NCBI GenBank assembly: GCA_000708835.1
Contig: DF237095.1
Location: forward strand, 62,001 to 126,000
DNA from: Klebsormidium nitens
Taxonomy: Eukaryota; Plantae; Klebsormidiophyceae
Length of the DNA: 64,000 nt
Direction: 5' to 3'
In this document: piece after piece, positions 60,101-64,000 of the stretch
Numbering within the stretch: the stretch's first letter is position 1
How the letters are laid out: each line of letters starts with the position of its first letter
Program-made: the position numbers and the translations under genes
Notes under the pieces: model-generated
What the model saw: only the letters and a program-made list of their open reading frames with translations
Database searches by the model: none
Told to the model about the DNA's origin: nothing

Positions 60101-63100
60101 CCTAAAACGATTCACCGCCCACTCTGCTCTTAACCGTTGTTTGAACCAAGACTTGACCCGCTTTTCCAGGGCTTGCGTCGCAGCATCATACCGTGCCACT
60201 GCTACTTCCTACATACAGGCGGGCATGTCACAGCAGCGAAGGACTTAATAGCCCCTCGCTATATCACGGCGCTATTTGATGATTAGTCTGTCACCCTACC
60301 CCAACTTACCCCTTCATTGACCAAAGCCAGAACCCACCTTTTTTCAGGGTTTGTAAGTCAACATCATGACGTGAACGTCGCCTTTTCTTACTACGGGCAG
60401 GCAGGCGTGTGACTTGTCAGGAACGGCGAAGAACTTCAGCACACCGAGGACGTTCAATAAAACTTTCCTAACCTGCTTTTCCTCAACCTTAACTTATATT
60501 GACAGAGCGTTAACCCTCTTTTTCAGGGCTTGTACCACCAACATTATGACGTGGACGTCGCTGCTGTTTCACTACGGGCAGGCAGATATGCTGGATGAGG
60601 CAGAGGCACTCACTTAATAAGCAGGACGTTGTATTAAGGTGAAATCACCCTGTAAGCCACTTTGAATTCCTTTTTCACTTGTCACTGACCAAAACGGTAC
60701 CCACCTGTTTTCAGGGCTTGTACCCCAACATCATGACCTGGACGTCGCTGCTGTTCCACTACGGGCAGTCGGGCATGCTGGAGGAGGCGAAGGACGTGCT
60801 CATACGTATGGAAGATGCGGGGTGCCGGCCCAACCAGGCCACCTACACGTCGCTCATCCAGGCCTTCATGAAGGCGATTCGGTAAGTCGCGGGTCCTAAG
60901 GAGTGTGTAGAGGTTGGTGTTCTGGGCTGCTGAGATTCATTAGGGGTCTGTCAGATCTGCTTCTTGGGCTCCTAAGGCAGTTGCACGATTGTGACTCGTG
61001 TACTCCAAACGCCAAGTACTAGGACGTACTCTCCCTTTTTGAGGCGATGGAGGAAAACTCTCCGCAGTCAAACAAGGTTGCGTGCCTGCGCGTGCTGCGG
61101 GCGCTGGTGGCGCATCAGAAGTCCCAGAATCTCAATACCTGACACCATCTGGGTATTCTACCAACCATTCCTCTAAAATAGGACGTGGTCTCGGTCTACG
61201 AAGTCATGAACGAGGACGCAGTCCGGCCGGACGAAGTTGCGCAGCTTCGCGCGTCGCGCCCGCTGGTGATCATTGGCGCATCAGAACCTCCAATAGCTGA
61301 CCCTCAGAACGTCACGGATCAAATCATTGGATCAAGTCCTCGCAGGTACGAGGACGTGCTCACAGTCTTCGAGGCCATGAAGGAAGGGCTCGGTGCAACT
61401 AGACCAGGTCGCGTATTTGTGCGTGTGCACTCGTTGACTGACATCGGCCCTACGGAAGTCCCAAAATTGATACCCCTAGACCCTCTCTATTAAGTTTTCG
61501 GAACCATTCTTTCCAGGTACGAAGACGTGCTCATCGTCTTTGAAGCCATGAAGGAAGACTCGGGTCCAACTTGACGAAGTAGCGTACCTGTGCGTGCTGC
61601 GGCCCATCAAAAAAATGAAACCGCAATACCCCCACATTTTTCCATTAACCTTGTAACGCATCCTCTCAGGTACGAGGACGTGCTCACCGTTTTCGAGGCC
61701 ATGAAGGAAGACGCACTTCAGCCAGACGAGGTGGCTTACCTGTGCGCGCTGCGCGCGCTGGTCGACAGCGGCGTGTCAGATCATGAAGGATACGCCCAGA
61801 TCCTCTCATCTATTTTTTACGCCTTTTCTCAGGTACGAGGACGTGCTCACCATTTCCGAGGCGATAAAAGAAGACGCAGTTCAGCCGGACGAAGTAGTTT
61901 ACCTAGGCGGCTACACCTCCTGGTGATTGCCAGCGCACAAGAAGTCCCCAGACTATGGGATTCTTCAACTCTTGCTAATCAGCCTCTGGACGCTTCCTTG
62001 CAGGTACGAAGACGTGCTCACCGTTTTCGAAGCCATGAAGGAAGATTCGGTGCAGCCAGACGAGGTGGCCTACCTGTGCGTGCTGCGCGCATTGGTCGAT
62101 AGTGGCGCCCCAGAACAGGTGCCCCGCGTGTATGAGGAGCTGCTGAAAGCGCGCATCACGCCGGGGGCCAAAGTGGAGCTCGTGCGGACCGAGGCTTACT
62201 TCAAGATGGTAAGATCGAGAAGAATCTGGTTTTGTGAGGGAGGAAAGCCTTGTCCGAGTCTTTGTGGGATGGAGATGCTCGATCAAATATGAGAACGGAA
62301 GTTTAAAGTGACGCTTGTGCGCCGCGACTCCTATTGTATGATAGTCGGGTTTAAGCGATGCAGAAAGAGCTTGTGGTGCCTTGGAAAGAGCGGTCGGGAG
62401 CCCTCCGGTTTTGTGAGATGCGGACTGTCTGCTTCGATGTGGGATTCATAAGAGGGGTCGAAGACCACGTTTACTTGAAGCAGTGGGTTCCCATTGCACC
62501 CTCAAATCACGTCAGCGATGCCTCAGTCAATAACTACACCAGTTTCATTATTTTCATTGGTATCTTGATTGAGATCATATCAAGATAGACATAACACCAG
62601 GTTCCTGACTTCTACGGTGGCGCCCTGTGCGAAAGCAACTGAAGAAAGTCTGCTAAAAGTGTTCTCGGGGTTTTAATCATTGTTCTGTTCAGATCTGATT
62701 TGGAAACAAATATGGACAAATTCCCTCGACATGGCCCCCAAGTGAGACAGCTTGCAGGCGTGAGTGCGACAGTCGCTGCGTGTAGAACCAAATTTCGACT
62801 TTCACCTGGCACTTTTGCAGAACCAAGTTGAGGAGGCGAAGGCCATCTTCGCCGCGATCCCCGCCCCGACAAGATCGCCTGCGACCACTTCATCAAAGTG
62901 GGGCGTGCAGCAGAACAAGCCATTGAAGACATGAAAATGTGCCTTGAACATTTCTGACCTTGTTTTTTTGGCATTCTTGGCAGAACCAAGTCGGAGAGGC
63001 AAAGGCTTTCTTCGCCGCAGTTCCCGCCCCCGGCAAGATTGCCTACGACCACTTAACCGAAGTGGGGCGTGCAGCATAACAAGCCGTAGAAGACATGAAA

Positions 63101-63393
63101 ATGTATCTAAAGCATTTCTGACCTGTTTTCTGGCATCTTTGCAGAACCAAGTCGACGAGGCGAAGGCCATCTTCGCTGCGATCCCCGCCCCCGACAAGAT
63201 TGCCTACGACCAGTTCATCAACCTGCTAGCCAAAGTGGGGCGTGCGGCAGACGCATACCTAGCGCTCGAAGACATGAAAACGAAGGGAATCGAGGTGTCG
63301 CACTACGCGTACTCGGGGGTCATTTTGGCCTACTGCAACGGGGGGGGGGACGACGGGGTGCTGCGCAAGGAGCGGATCCTGGAGTTTTTGCAG
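54135..63393 (+). CDS. P-class pentatricopeptide repeat protein with a long transit-peptide-like N-terminus (3' end outside window)
   Basis: Exons 54135-55322, 56123-56356, 57249-57551, 58789-59016, 59442-59666, 60715-60881, 62004-62208 and 63145-63393, phase-consistent. PPR motifs such as TFTYNVVMQIYTRQGKIEKAEEVFKEMRTAGV, IVTYTSLIDSYSRRGRWEDAEAILERMKEEGK and VVTYTCMLNAYG. Confidence 0.88.
57569..58715 (+). repeat. Eight decayed tandem copies of the acceptor and first ~80 nt of PPR exon 58789
   Basis: (ag)GAGCTGTAC...CAGATGCTGGC..AAGGCAT.GACCC.GAC motifs at ~57571, 57707, 57844, 57986, 58148, 58319, 58473 and 58624; live acceptor at 58788. Confidence 0.9.
59065..59390 (+). repeat. Decayed copies of the 3' end and donor of PPR exon 58789-59016
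   Basis: ...TACAACGTGCTCATCGATACGCTCGGCAATGCGGGGACGTGCGACGAGG...CTCGAG|gtaag at 59199, frameshifted upstream. Weaker remnants lie at ~59295-59380. Confidence 0.75.
59760..60610 (+). repeat. Donor-side echoes (x2) of PPR exon 59442-59666 and acceptor-side echoes (x3) of exon 60715
   Basis: GGCG..GCGAAGCTGATGGATAAGGCG copy at ~59762 and a copy ending GCAGCG|gtaagcggtttt at 59980. ttttcag|GG.TTG...AACATCATGAC.TG copies with AG at 60169, 60347 and 60526; live AG at 60714. Confidence 0.85.
61010..61935 (+). repeat. Six decayed tandem copies of the acceptor and 5' part of PPR exon 62004
   Basis: (cag)GTACGA.GACGTGCTCAC.GT.TT.GA.GCCATGAAGGAAG copies at ~61016, ~61181, 61345, 61516, 61669 and 61832; live AG at 62003. 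Confidence 0.9.
62800..63140 (+). repeat. Two decayed tandem copies of the acceptor and 5' part of PPR exon 63145
   Basis: gcag|AACCAAGT...GAGGC.AAGGC..TCTTCGC.GC copies with AG at 62820 and 62983; live AG at 63144. Both lack the same ~10-12 nt block (around cctgctagcc) that the live exon has. Confidence 0.9.
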
Positions 63394-64000
63394 GTAGGGG
63401 CGCGCTAGGTGTGTGTTTGTGACTGGAGGGTTGAGTTTTATGAGTTCGATGGAGACTTTGTACGGGTCTCTTAAGCTTCCGGTTTGTCGGCTGGACCAAA
63501 GCAGTGCGGAGTCGACGGATCTCGGAAGCGGCAGGGGTTGGCCGATGATTTGTGGTTTGGATCTTAACGTGGCAATACCATTGATTCACGATGCTTCCTG
63601 GCGACGCCTCGGTCTCAATTGGTTTTGATGCATCTGTTACAAGAACTTATAAGGTTTACTCTTGTTCCTCCTGCTAAGTAGATATCATCATCAATGGAGA
63701 ATCAGCGCTCTTGAGTGAACCTGACCAGCAACGCTGACGCGTATATTCCGAGGGTACTGGAGCTTTTTGATTCCAAAGTCGGAATATGACTTGAACGTCG
63801 GCGAGGCGGTTTGTCAACTTGAAAAGATTGCCCTTTGTAAGAGTTACCCATTGCAAAGCAAATGGAGCGTGCCATACACTGCAACTTGACCTACGTACCT
63901 CTCTTTGAGCAACCTCCTTCGCGTTAGGGACTCCCTGAATAAGATTCTGCCCACCTTTACGTTGTAGGAGATTCGCGATCTAGGAATCGGTTGAGCGCCG

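Noticed and set aside
57569-63140. Regularly spaced repeats with variable intervening sequence, superficially CRISPR-like or like extra PPR-motif exons
   Set aside because: The repeats are degenerate copies of the adjacent exon edge in a eukaryotic gene with no cas genes. They lack paired donors and contain stops or indels, so they are neither CRISPR repeats nor constitutive exons.

Overview
Eukaryotic, intron-rich, GC-rich nuclear DNA. The gene content (plant-type RAD4/XPC, TEL2, Raf-like C7 kinase, OTU deubiquitinase, plastid-type PPR protein) and the GT-AG introns point to a streptophyte green alga such as Klebsormidium; the species is an inference. The ORF track ignores splicing, so the gene models were rebuilt by hand from splice sites and exon phases. 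Positions 1-25 kb hold a cluster of four secreted Pro/Thr-rich chimeric cell-surface proteins in two unrecognised globular-domain families. Two of them come from a ~4.9 kb tandem duplication. This region also has two MITE-like inverted-repeat elements. Positions 26-64 kb hold housekeeping genes: XPC/RAD4 (-) head-to-head with TEL2 (+), a CBC/ATMRK1-like kinase (-), an OTU5/OTUD6-like DUB (-), a candidate tiny membrane-protein gene (-) and a P-class PPR gene (+) that runs off the window. The most striking unexplained structure is what I call 'exon echoes'. Many introns (PPR, XPC, TEL2 and two of the cell-wall genes) are largely built from tandem ~135-245 bp decayed copies of the neighbouring splice site plus exon edge, and copies farther from the live exon tend to be more decayed. 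No rRNA, tRNA or CRISPR array was seen.
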